DNA of 64,000 bases, taken from an uncultured Nitrososphaerales archaeon (GTDB lineage Archaea > Thermoproteota > Nitrososphaeria > Nitrososphaerales > Gagatemarchaeaceae). Of this stretch, positions 53,284-62,488 are shown one piece after another. The position numbers and the translations under genes are program-made. The stretch lies in NCBI GenBank assembly GCA_963706445.1, contig OY970160.1:768001-832000 (forward strand), in the 5' to 3' direction. A model generated the notes under the pieces. It was not told where the DNA came from and made no database searches. It saw nothing but the letters and a program-made list of their open reading frames with translations. Position 1 is the first letter of the stretch. The number at the start of each line of letters is the position of its first letter.

Positions 53284-55317
53284 TTGATGTTTCACACTTA
53301 CTTCCATTCGGAATTATTAAATTCCGGGTGTTCCTCTGCGTTGCGCCTCCGAGACTTGAACAAGAGGGTACTCGTCCTAACGCTCGCATCGCTTTGTCTC
53401 TTGCTGATGAGCAGCGCACCTTCGCAGACCGTTGCAAGCAGTTCCACCGCAAACTCTGGTCAGGCTCAGACTAGCTTCCAATCCTTCACCCAGATCTCTA
53501 CCGGCCAGGCTTCAGCGAACGGCGAACTGAAGAGGGTCGGGACAACCTATGTTCCGTTGGATTCAGCATCCCTTTCGTATGTGGCAGCCAACTCCAACGG
53601 CACGGACACAAGGGTTCCTCCAGATCGCATCAAGCAGCCAAACCTCGGCGGTGCACAGCTAGTGCCTGCTGTCCCGGTTGTCTCGAGCGACGTCATCCTG
53701 AACTCTCCAGGTGGCGCGTCGGCTGCGAAAGGTGTGAATGCGTTGGACAATTACCAGATCAACGGCGTCGACTATGAGCCTCCGGACCAGGGTCTCTGCG
53801 CCGGCAACGGATATGTCATCGACGTTGTCAACACCGTCATGCGGGTTTACACCACCTCATTCGCCAGTTATTCTTCAGATCTTTCACCGAACACCATAGA
53901 TGGGCTAGCCCTCAGCGCGTTCACGAGCGATCCAAGATGCCTGTACGACCAAGCGACCGGCCACTGGTTTGTAACCCAGCTCCTGATCAATTTCACGCCG
54001 CCGGGCCAGGGTTTCGAATACATCGCTGTGAGCACCACAAATGTGCCTTGGGGATCTTGGAACGTCTACGCCCTCAACGTGACTGACTCCTTCCCGAGCT
54101 CGAAGCCCTACCCTGGCCAGACCAACGACCCAGGCTGTCCTTGCTTCGGTGACCAACCTCTGCTGGGAGCGAGCAGGGACGCTCTGGCAGTGTCCACCAA
54201 TGAGTTCTCGATATTCGGGCCAGCATTCAACGGGGCCCAGATGTACCTCATTGACAAGGAGGGTCTCGCCCTGGGATACAACTACGTGTCCTATGTTCAT
54301 TTGAACACCTATGGGGTGCCAACCCCGTCGGGAACGTGCGCTTCGTCTGGTGGTATCTACTGCTGGTCCTCGGTGAACCCCGCGGGCTCCCCAACGCCAA
54401 ATCAGTTCGACAACTCCAACTCTGGAACTGAGTACGCCCTGAGCGTCCTGGACTTCGCCGGAACGGGTGATAATCGCATCGCGACCTGGGCCTTTACGAA
54501 CCTAAAGTCGCTGCATAGCTTCTCCCCTGACGTGTCGTTCTCAGTCTCTGTGGTGGGAGGGCTCGAACAATATCTCAACCCATTGAGTTCCTCTGGAAAC
54601 GGGTTCTTGGCTCCCATGAAGGCCGGACCGATCCCTCTGGGAGCGACCGTCTTCAGCAACCACCCCCACGCCCCGACCTACGGCTGCAAGGGGGAATGCC
54701 CCGAGGGATTGATTCAGAGCAACGGGGACAGCATGTACGACAACGTAGTCTACGCCCAGGGAGCGCTCTGGGGCGCTATCGACACCATAGTCAAGGAGAC
54801 AGGTTCACCCACGGTCTATGCGGGGGCAGCCTATTGGGTCGTGAATGCCTTTGACAGCTCCTACTCAGTGGCGAGCCAAGGATACGTCGCCGCGGAAGGT
54901 GAGAGCATCGTCTTCCCTTCGATCGGGGTCGGGCCTACGGGTGACGGAATCATCGCCTTCTCTCTCACAGGCAACAACTATTATCCTAGCACCGCCTATG
55001 GTTGGATAACCAAATCCTCTGGAGGGCTGGTCGGAAACCAGATGTACGTTGCCGACGCCGGGATGTCTCCCTACGACGCGACAACGGTGTACCAGTGCGT
55101 CTCAGGCACCTGTCCGTCGGGGTCCGGATTCGCATATTGGCCACGGTTCGGAGATTACTCCTGGGCTGTCTGGTCGGACGGCAAGGTATTCTTCTCATCC
55201 GAATACATCCAGTTCAAGAACTGTGGCATACCACAGTACAAGATAGACCCCTCATGCGGAGACACAAGGGGGCCAGATGCAAATTGGGGCACCTCTCTGA
55301 ACTCCATCACGACCTGA
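53284..55317 (+). CDS. Large secreted Cys-containing protein of unknown function
   Basis: Signal peptide; PPDQGLCAG, SDPRCLYD, DQPLLG, RFGDYS motifs. Confidence 0.78.
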   Translation: MMFHTYFHSELLNSGCSSALRLRDLNKRVLVLTLASLCLLLMSSAPSQTVASSSTANSGQAQTSFQSFTQISTGQASANGELKRVGTTYVPLDSASLSYVAANSNGTDTRVPPDRIKQPNLGGAQLVPAVPVVSSDVILNSPGGASAAKGVNALDNYQINGVDYEPPDQGLCAGNGYVIDVVNTVMRVYTTSFASYSSDLSPNTIDGLALSAFTSDPRCLYDQATGHWFVTQLLINFTPPGQGFEYIAVSTTNVPWGSWNVYALNVTDSFPSSKPYPGQTNDPGCPCFGDQPLLGASRDALAVSTNEFSIFGPAFNGAQMYLIDKEGLALGYNYVSYVHLNTYGVPTPSGTCASSGGIYCWSSVNPAGSPTPNQFDNSNSGTEYALSVLDFAGTGDNRIATWAFTNLKSLHSFSPDVSFSVSVVGGLEQYLNPLSSSGNGFLAPMKAGPIPLGATVFSNHPHAPTYGCKGECPEGLIQSNGDSMYDNVVYAQGALWGAIDTIVKETGSPTVYAGAAYWVVNAFDSSYSVASQGYVAAEGESIVFPSIGVGPTGDGIIAFSLTGNNYYPSTAYGWITKSSGGLVGNQMYVADAGMSPYDATTVYQCVSGTCPSGSGFAYWPRFGDYSWAVWSDGKVFFSSEYIQFKNCGIPQYKIDPSCGDTRGPDANWGTSLNSITT

Positions 55318-55347
55318 ATCTAGCTTTCATCCTTCCAGATTGATTGC

Positions 55348-55866
55348 CTAGATGCTCTGAATCATCCATTTCAGCTGCGAGCTCACGTCTTTCACGGTTA
55401 GCGTAGCCTTGCAGTATTGGCATGTCGTGAAGCTGCCCGTGGGTATTGGCAGGGCCGCCCCGCATGTCGGGCATTTCAGCTCGACCAGCTCGAGATTGCC
55501 TTTGTATTCTGGAGGAGCAGTCCCGGTTCGGCGGGCGCTGTCCTCGGCGATGATCTGGTCGGAGAGTTCAGAGACCTTCCCGTCGACCTCTGTTTGGAGC
55601 ACGCTGATTTCTCCGGCCTGGGCCAGCCTCTCCTTCTTCTCAGAACCCTTCCCGACCTTCGAAGCGAAGCTCAGGATGGCACTCCGCTCAATCCGGCTAT
55701 TTTCCCCTCGAAGGATTTCGGTGATTACGAACAAATGCCTCTGGATTGTCGCAAGATTGGTGATCGCCTGCCTAGTGGCCGGTGTCAGGAATTCTTCGTG
55801 AACAGGGTACCCGGTCTTTGCGGCTATCTTCCTCAGGATTTCCTGCCTAGAGGTCTGGCTGAGCAT
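55348..55866 (-). CDS. Helical protein with C-terminal Zn-ribbon
   Basis: CPTCGA...CQYC. Confidence 0.72.
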   Translation of the reverse strand: MLSQTSRQEILRKIAAKTGYPVHEEFLTPATRQAITNLATIQRHLFVITEILRGENSRIERSAILSFASKVGKGSEKKERLAQAGEISVLQTEVDGKVSELSDQIIAEDSARRTGTAPPEYKGNLELVELKCPTCGAALPIPTGSFTTCQYCKATLTVKDVSSQLKWMIQSI

Positions 55867-55872
55867 TTGGAT

Positions 55873-56241
55873 CTACATGAAACGCATCATTTGCTGATAA
55901 AGGGCTTTGATTTCAGGGGCAGAACCGGAGAGGTCCATCCGCGTCTTCCCTTCGATACGTATGATCCCCCGCCTCGTGACCAATCCCTCTTCACTGTACT
56001 TGACCCCTTGGAGTTCGGTGAGCTTCTGGGTGACGACCTCGTCATTCTTGACCAACACACCCCTCCTGGCGTACAGGACGATCCTTCTGTCCGTCAGTAT
56101 TACGTGGTAGGAGCTATCCCCGAAACGCACGAAACCCTTGCTCTGGAACTTGACCTCCTCCCCCGGAACGAGGTAGTCCTCGAGTGGCACAAGGGCCACT
56201 TGCGGACTCCGCTTAAAAATCTGAGGGCCACCCGAGAACAA
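55873..56241 (-). CDS. Bacterial/archaeal PH-domain protein
   Basis: YLVPGEEV...VILTDRRIVLY...G.IRI. Confidence 0.75.
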   Translation of the reverse strand: MFSGGPQIFKRSPQVALVPLEDYLVPGEEVKFQSKGFVRFGDSSYHVILTDRRIVLYARRGVLVKNDEVVTQKLTELQGVKYSEEGLVTRRGIIRIEGKTRMDLSGSAPEIKALYQQMMRFM

Positions 56242-56301
56242 ACTTCCGGTCTTTCAAGAGACAACGGTTAAGACGTGGTGCGCTACCGTCTAAGCCCTGA
56301 A

Positions 56302-56448
56302 ATGGAGAGCCTTCACATCGTCCTGCTCTGGCTTTTTGGAATTGTCATGATAGGTATTGGATGGTACGTTCCTGGTGCCGGCGGCATAGCATGGCTGGGC
56401 GCCGCAACATTGGTCTTCGGAGCCATAGTTGCGCTGCGCCATCACTAA
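56302..56448 (+). CDS. 48-aa two-TM protein
   Basis: Manual translation MESLHIVLLWLFGIVMIGIGWYVPGAGGIAWLGAATLVFGAIVALRHH. Confidence 0.55.
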   Translation: MESLHIVLLWLFGIVMIGIGWYVPGAGGIAWLGAATLVFGAIVALRHH

Positions 56449-56498
56449 TCGCGGGTCCCATGTGAACTACGCCACAATTGATTCGTCGAACCGGCTTT

Positions 56499-56828
56499 CT
56501 ATATTATTCTCAGGAGACGGAGAAAAGCTGTCGCAGTGACTGTCCATGAAACCAACAGGGCTGTAACCAAGACGAGCCTCTCACGTACAATGTTCTCCTT
56601 GATTTCAGCTATTTGGATGCTCCAGGGAACGATGACAGCCTCAAAGGAATCGTTGAGCAGCTCCACCGGGACTGGGCCCGTTTTGCCCATGGGGGTACTT
56701 TCTTGTCCCAGTATCAACTCCTGAACGATTGGTCCTCCTTTCCTCGTCGTGGAATCTACATTGTTCAGGTCGGACTCCTGAAGTTGAGCAATCGGCTGTC
56801 CGACGAGTTCTAGGGTGCTCCTAGCCAT
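56499..56828 (-). CDS. Hypothetical protein with C-terminal TM
   Basis: Start at MARSTLEL; hydrophobic C-terminus. Confidence 0.5.
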   Translation of the reverse strand: MARSTLELVGQPIAQLQESDLNNVDSTTRKGGPIVQELILGQESTPMGKTGPVPVELLNDSFEAVIVPWSIQIAEIKENIVRERLVLVTALLVSWTVTATAFLRLLRII

Positions 56829-56842
56829 TTCTTCCCGTTGTT

Positions 56843-57061
56843 TCAAAGGTCGCTCACCCAATAGATGCGCTGCTCGACGGGGTCCAAGATAGGATCTTTC
56901 CGCCAGAGCTCGCCAGCATATTTGGCGCACCGGCAACCGCTCACACCGCAATCGGCTAGCAGGCGTAGCGGGCCTGCCCTTTCGCCTTTCTGATTAACCC
57001 TGTGAAGCTCCTTGGGGTGCTTGCATCCTTGGCAGGTACTGAGGCTTTCTGTTCGTTGCAT
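56843..57061 (-). CDS. Small Cys/His-rich protein
   Basis: CQGCKH...H...C..SGCRC. Confidence 0.5.
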   Translation of the reverse strand: MQRTESLSTCQGCKHPKELHRVNQKGERAGPLRLLADCGVSGCRCAKYAGELWRKDPILDPVEQRIYWVSDL

Positions 57062-57240
57062 ATTTTATCTTGGTCAATGTATAATTAACGCATTACGGAT
57101 TCTGGATTCAGTTCCGTCTTCTGTCAAGGCAACCGGCGGGGCCAGCAGGATTTATAGGAAACTTGTCAACTGACGCTGGTAAGATGGTGCAGGAGTTTTG
57201 CCCCTTCACGCCATATCATCGCTGGTCCTCACGCAGTGCA

Positions 57241-57384
57241 ATGACTAGCGCCTTCTGCGTGAAGGAAAGGAGGAACAGGGAGATGACTGCAACCAGAACG
57301 GTCACCTTCAAGAACGGCCGCAAGGCAATCCAGGGCAAGTGTTCCCAATGCGGGACCACTCTGTTCAGGATCACAGGCAACTAG
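57241..57384 (+). CDS. DUF5679-like small basic Zn-ribbon protein
   Basis: AFCVKER..REM......FKNGR.A..GKC..CGT.LFRI. Confidence 0.75.
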   Translation: MTSAFCVKERRNREMTATRTVTFKNGRKAIQGKCSQCGTTLFRITGN

Positions 57385-57513
57385 ACTCCAGTCCTCTACC
57401 TCGACGGTGCCCGAACGCCGAGTGTGACCTCCGGACCCAAGATGCATTGTGGATTCAGGTCTATGCTCTACAACGTTTACCTATGAGTTCCGCAAAACCT
57501 GGGAGGACAAAAA

Positions 57514-57708
57514 GTGAAGACTGAAACCGTCAGACAGGTCAACTATGGGCATGCGTGCCAGAACTGCAAGCTCTACTTCGTCACCGCCGACCCTCTTTGC
57601 TTCACCTGCCCCTGGTGTAAGAAAGCCGAGAGCGGGGCGGGATCATTGGACCTCTACGCTTCGATACAAGATCCTAATTCGGAAATTCAGATGGTTGGAA
57701 TGAGGTAA
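57514..57708 (+). CDS. Small Zn-ribbon protein
   Basis: CQNC...CPWC. Confidence 0.55.
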   Translation: MKTETVRQVNYGHACQNCKLYFVTADPLCFTCPWCKKAESGAGSLDLYASIQDPNSEIQMVGMR

Positions 57709-57797
57709 GAGGGGTCGTCCATATGGAAGAAACAACCTCGCAATTGCAGCCAAAACGGAAACAACGCTTTAATCGATTTTGGGGTGCCGGCTAGGAT

Positions 57798-58733
57798 ATG
57801 CCAGAAGCGTCGCGCTGTTGGGTCTGCCACAGATCCCTTGACGAGATTGTGGCATCAGTCGACAGCGAAACGAAGGAGGAGGGCGAGATCAAGAGGCGGA
57901 TCAACCAGGTAGCCTACACGAAGTCGAAGTTCGCAGAGTCTTCGGAGCTTTGGAGGAAGACTACGCCGCGGGACTTCAAGGACATGGACTTCCAGTTTAT
58001 TGCGTCAAACTCAGACCAGTTCGGGTCAATCAAAGTGATCGCCGAGATCCTCGATGCGAAGAAGATCATGATTGACTGGCTCGCCGATGCCTCATCGAGG
58101 CTCAGGAAAGGGGGCGACGCCTATCAGGGGCTGAATGAACTTTCATCCCTGGACCGGTCGGAAGCCGATTCCCTGATGCGGAGCATAGACCAATTCGAGG
58201 CCAAGTGGCACAGGACGGTTGGAAACGACGGGCCGAGGAATGGAAACGCAGTCGGTTTCGACGGTCTCAAGCTCTTCGAAGGACTCGAGTATCTGATATC
58301 CGAAGGGCTCCTTTACTACGACATTAGGGGACAATTGCTATCATATGCGATGACCAAGGCGGGGGAAAGAAAGCCCAAGAACAAACTAAGAATGGTCGAT
58401 GCGAACGGTTACCCCCCCGTTCCTCTCTGCAGCGTGTGCGAGACCCTGATCACAGGGCTCCGCGCGCCAGATCGGGCATTTGGACGCCCTATGGTTTCGT
58501 CTGAGGTCATGGCAAATGCCAAGTCAGCGGAATCTGCTCCACGGTCCGAGGCCGTTCCTGCCCCCGCCATGGTCGCCGCAGAGACACCGCCGGGAGTTTC
58601 ACCAAAGGTCGCAGAAATAATTAACAAACTCGGTCCAGCCACTTCCGAGGCCCCAAAGACCAGGAACCTACATGAGCATAGAGCCACCGAGGACTGGGAC
58701 GAATTGGTGGAGCGACAGTCAAAGGGGAAGTAG
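57798..58733 (+). CDS. Hypothetical protein with split C4 zinc finger (paralog of 58743)
   Basis: CWVC at the N-terminus and CSVC about 200 aa later; shared FK.+DF.F+..N..QF.S+ and GF.GLKL..G motifs. Confidence 0.75.
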   Translation: MPEASRCWVCHRSLDEIVASVDSETKEEGEIKRRINQVAYTKSKFAESSELWRKTTPRDFKDMDFQFIASNSDQFGSIKVIAEILDAKKIMIDWLADASSRLRKGGDAYQGLNELSSLDRSEADSLMRSIDQFEAKWHRTVGNDGPRNGNAVGFDGLKLFEGLEYLISEGLLYYDIRGQLLSYAMTKAGERKPKNKLRMVDANGYPPVPLCSVCETLITGLRAPDRAFGRPMVSSEVMANAKSAESAPRSEAVPAPAMVAAETPPGVSPKVAEIINKLGPATSEAPKTRNLHEHRATEDWDELVERQSKGK

Positions 58734-58742
58734 AGTCCGCAC

Positions 58743-59426
58743 ATGGCACCATTCAGGGCAAGCAGGTGCTGGATTTGTGGGCGTGCGCCGGAAGAGGTGA
58801 GTTCATCCCTTGGACGCCCAGCCCCACACGAAACAGAGCTTGACAGGAAATTCAGCAGGATGTCGGACCTGGCATCGAAGTTCAATCGGGCCTCTGGAGA
58901 ATGGGGGAATCTTGTTCCCGAGCAGTTCAAGTCGCTGGACTTCGATTTCGTGCTAGCAAACCAACCCCAGTTCAAATCCATGAGGTTCATTGTCGAAATA
59001 GAGGACGCAAGGAAGTCCCTCATCATGCCGCTGCAGCTGGCCGTGGGGAGCGCAAGAAGCGGCTCGGAGGTGTCCATCGGAGGGGCGAAGATTCCATCTA
59101 CCGAGGGATTCAGGAGGGAGCTATTGATCAGGGAGGCAGACGCCTTCGAACAAAGGGTGGGGCGCCATATCAATGGGTCCGGCGGGAAGGATCCGCTGTC
59201 CCACGGCTTCAACGGCTTGAAGCTGGGCCAGGGGATTGGGTTCATGAGGGAAATGGGCATGTTTTACTTCGAGGTCCAAGAGAAGCTGCTGGCGGCGGAG
59301 AAGGACGAAGAGATGTCCAGGAAGCCCACCTTCGCCGTGACGGTCGCCCGGGCAAAGGGCCTCCCCGGGGACATTCCGGTCTGCACGGTTTGCCAGAACC
59401 TCGTCACGAGCCTCATCCCCGCATAG
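58743..59426 (+). CDS. Hypothetical protein with split C4 zinc finger
   Basis: CWIC...CTVC; tandem paralog. Confidence 0.75.
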   Translation: MAPFRASRCWICGRAPEEVSSSLGRPAPHETELDRKFSRMSDLASKFNRASGEWGNLVPEQFKSLDFDFVLANQPQFKSMRFIVEIEDARKSLIMPLQLAVGSARSGSEVSIGGAKIPSTEGFRRELLIREADAFEQRVGRHINGSGGKDPLSHGFNGLKLGQGIGFMREMGMFYFEVQEKLLAAEKDEEMSRKPTFAVTVARAKGLPGDIPVCTVCQNLVTSLIPA

Positions 59427-59507
59427 GGGAAAATCAAGACAAAGAAGGGTCGAAGTATTGATTATCGGCCAAAATCCTCTATTATCCTCCCTTGGGACTA
59501 CGACCAT

Positions 59508-59882
59508 ATGACTGCCGCGTCAGATAGGAAGTCGAAGTCTCAGGACTACGAGTATTCTTGGTTCCTTCCGGCCAACGGAGGCAAGGAGCCGACTAGAGCC
59601 GAACAGCAGAGTCAAGATGTCGAAGTCCTATCAGAACCTGGGAGGTCGCAAGGAACGGCACCGCCTGGACAGGCGAGCACCGCTGCCAGATCCTGGAAGG
59701 TCAATCCTGCAAGAGTGAAAGCGGCAGGCATCATCGGTTGGAGCGCCGTGGTTGCCACAGGTGCCGCATTCTTGGTCATAAGAACAGGCACTTTCCCAAT
59801 CATGCAAGGCGCAGCCCTTGGTGGAGTCTGGATGACGGTCACCGCCGCCATATGGTTCGTCCCCAGATACCTTTCGCCCTAG
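59508..59882 (+). CDS. Two-TM membrane protein
   Basis: C-terminal pair of hydrophobic helices. Confidence 0.6.
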   Translation: MTAASDRKSKSQDYEYSWFLPANGGKEPTRAEQQSQDVEVLSEPGRSQGTAPPGQASTAARSWKVNPARVKAAGIIGWSAVVATGAAFLVIRTGTFPIMQGAALGGVWMTVTAAIWFVPRYLSP

Positions 59883-59975
59883 GCCCTCCCTCACCTCTCA
59901 CATAGCGCAATTGGCGTACCCTCACCAAAAGGGATTTACGTCATGCCTGTCGTCTCCTGGTCGGGGTAATTCTCG

Positions 59976-60254
59976 ATGTTGAGCTCAGAGATTCAAGGAA
60001 AGGAAGTCATCGGTTCCATGGGCGACAAGCTGGGCGTGGTCCACGACGTCCAGTTCGACGAAAAAGGATGGAGTGTCATTGCGATCGGCGTGGAGCTCGA
60101 AAAAGAAGTCGCGGAAGAACACAACATGGGGCGCCGGTTCAGGAAGACCGAGGTTCTCATCAACGTAAAGTACATTCAGGCAGTAGGAGACAAGGTAGTC
60201 CTGACTGGTTCGAAGAAGGACCTCCTCCAGCTAATTGGTTCTTCTTCAGGCTGA
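59976..60254 (+). CDS. PRC-barrel domain protein
   Basis: SEIQGKEVI...G.KLG.V.DV.FD...W...I.AVGD.V+L. Confidence 0.85.
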   Translation: MLSSEIQGKEVIGSMGDKLGVVHDVQFDEKGWSVIAIGVELEKEVAEEHNMGRRFRKTEVLINVKYIQAVGDKVVLTGSKKDLLQLIGSSSG

Positions 60255-60281
60255 CAGCCAGATCCAATACTTGGACTTCGA

Positions 60282-60743
60282 CTATTTCCCTAACTTCCCT
60301 TCTACCTTCTCCTTCCATTTCCTGAGCAAGGCCTCCTTCTTGACGTCGTATTGCCTCCTTGTAAGAGTCCCCTTCTTGTACTCCCCCTTCATCTTGGTAA
60401 GCTCCCGTTCGTAGTCTTCCTCTTCCCGCTCGTCGGCCTCCTCTGACTTCGCCGATTCGATGCGGGCTTCATCTGCTTCCGGAGTTGCAGCAGAAACCTG
60501 TTGTGCGGGTTCGGTGAAAAACTCCACGTTAAAGTTGATCTGACGCTGGACAAGGAGCGTTGTGAACTCCGTTAGGTCGGGTATGTCGTAGTCGTATGCT
60601 TCATTCGGCTGACGGATCTTGACTGAAGTGACGTCCCCATCCGTGTGGTCCAGCCCAATCCAGAATGCAGCAGTGATGTATCCCTCGAACTTCTTCGTCT
60701 CTTCTGGAGTCCCTCCAGAATACACTGTTATGATAGGTTTCAC
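60282..60743 (-). CDS. Hypothetical protein with SHOCT-like C-terminus
   Basis: EL.KMK..Y.KG.LT..QY..KK..LL. Confidence 0.65.
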   Translation of the reverse strand: MKPIITVYSGGTPEETKKFEGYITAAFWIGLDHTDGDVTSVKIRQPNEAYDYDIPDLTEFTTLLVQRQINFNVEFFTEPAQQVSAATPEADEARIESAKSEEADEREEEDYERELTKMKGEYKKGTLTRRQYDVKKEALLRKWKEKVEGKLGK

Positions 60744-60864
60744 GCTTGGAAATTCCCCTGTTCGAGCGATGACGGGCGGCGACTATAAGCATTGTAGAGC
60801 ATCTCGCGCCCTAAGACCAGACCTACTGCCGAAGATGCCCTGATTACCGGCGGAATGAAGAAGA

Positions 60865-61041
60865 CTAGATGGGATTGTCGTCCGCCACTGCTCGCTGCTC
60901 CAAAGTCAGCCCGGCTACGAAAGCCAACACGGAAAGGACGACCGGTATTGAAGCGCCTCCGAATAACGCCATCGGAAAGATAAACACCCCGGCTGCAACC
61001 CCCGCCCAAAGACCCAGCTTCTTCACCTTAGCTTCCATCAT
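60865..61041 (-). CDS. Small two-TM protein
   Basis: Two hydrophobic helices. Confidence 0.5.
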   Translation of the reverse strand: MMEAKVKKLGLWAGVAAGVFIFPMALFGGASIPVVLSVLAFVAGLTLEQRAVADDNPI

Positions 61042-61316
61042 CTGCGGCTTCTTAGAACCGTGGATGGGCCATAACGATTTTATCCGATATTTTAGACAAA
61101 TCCGTGAGGCGTTTGTCAAAACGGCAGCCCATCCTCCCCCTCGTCCCGACTTCACTTCATTGACGTGTCTGTCCTAAAATCCCAAGAAAACTTATGTCCC
61201 TTCTCGGGACGCCTTCACACGAATTGTGCATCCTGGATACCAAAGTAACTCCTCTCCATCGGCTTTGCTCTTTCTTACACAAAATCGGTGCTGAAAATAT
61301 GGAAGGTCAATGACCC

Positions 61317-61862
61317 ATGAGCACAGTCCTTGTCAGCCTGCTATGCCACCCAGACCGCGACCCGAAGATCAGCGTGTCGCCCGGTCCAGGTTACGTTGTC
61401 GAAATAAACAGGACCCCAGGGTATGCGAACGCGGTCAGGGAGGCCATCAGTCGCGCCCTCGAGCTCGACGCCGATCTCGTGATCTCAGATACCGATGGCT
61501 ATCACCCGGCGGCCGAGATTGAGCGGCTCGCAGAGCTTCCCGTCGACGCCGACATCGTGAAGCCCTACAGGAACAACATAGGCTTCCAGTCAAACGTATA
61601 CACCTACCTTTGGAGCGGGACCCACATGAAATCAGTCAAAGACGTGACTGGAGGACTTTACAGGATGTCCAACAAATTCCTGAGGTCATTGCCGACCCTA
61701 AGATCAAACGACATGACAATACATATCGAGATATTGAACATCGCGTCCCGCACCGGGGCGACGATCAGACAGTATTCATACGAATCGTCCAGCAATGACA
61801 ACGCTAATTCGAAGCGGACGCGACACTACCAACTGAAGCTGCTCGGGGCACTGACGAGATAG
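61317..61862 (+). CDS. GT2-like glycosyltransferase (short)
   Basis: GYANAVRE, DTDGYH DxD motif, KDVTGGLY. Confidence 0.7.
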   Translation: MSTVLVSLLCHPDRDPKISVSPGPGYVVEINRTPGYANAVREAISRALELDADLVISDTDGYHPAAEIERLAELPVDADIVKPYRNNIGFQSNVYTYLWSGTHMKSVKDVTGGLYRMSNKFLRSLPTLRSNDMTIHIEILNIASRTGATIRQYSYESSSNDNANSKRTRHYQLKLLGALTR

Positions 61863-61875
61863 CTGCCTATTCGTC

Positions 61876-62487
61876 TCAGGGAGACATTCGACCAGACGTT
61901 GCCGGGAGGAAGCCAAGCTCACCTAGCCTGGCGATGATCATCCTTGCCGAAGTCTTGGCGTCTGAAATCTCAGTGTTGGCCAGAATGTCAGGGGACTCGG
62001 GCTCCTCATAGGGGTCCTGGATGCCCGTCATGTTTGTTATCTCCCCCTTCCTCGCCTTCTTGTAGAGCCCCTTGGGGTCCCGCTTCTCGCAGGCTTCGAG
62101 TGATGCCTTCACAAATACTTCCACAAACCTTTCCTTCCCGATGACGTCCCTCGCCTCCGCCCGGGACTTCCTATAGGGCGATATCAATGCAACAATCCCT
62201 ATCACTCCGTTCTTGGCCAGTAGTTTGCCTACGAACGAGACACGCCTGGCGTGCTCCTGTCTGTCTTCCTTCGACAGACCCAGGTCGCGCGATATTCCCT
62301 TTCGGAATTCATCTCCGTCCAGGATTTCCACGTATCTCCCGAACTCTCCTTCAAGCATCTCCTCAAGGATCATGGCCAGGGTAGTCTTACCCGACCCTGG
62401 CAGTCCAGTCATCCAGAGAACGAACCCTTCTGGCTTTCCTATCACGAGGGCCCCCTCCCCAGAGCCGTACTTCCCTGTTACCTCCAC
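61876..62487 (-). CDS. cysC: Adenylyl-sulfate kinase
   Basis: WMTGLPGSGKTT, LDGD..R, ISPY, RDPKGLY, TGIQDPYE.P. Confidence 0.95.
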   Translation of the reverse strand: MEVTGKYGSGEGALVIGKPEGFVLWMTGLPGSGKTTLAMILEEMLEGEFGRYVEILDGDEFRKGISRDLGLSKEDRQEHARRVSFVGKLLAKNGVIGIVALISPYRKSRAEARDVIGKERFVEVFVKASLEACEKRDPKGLYKKARKGEITNMTGIQDPYEEPESPDILANTEISDAKTSARMIIARLGELGFLPATSGRMSP

Positions 62488-62488
62488 C

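Noticed and set aside
55417-56271. Long overlapping ORFs such as 55417+, 58409-, 33390-, 23930-, 13572-
   Set aside because: Antisense or alternate-frame shadows of better-supported genes, with no recognisable motifs.
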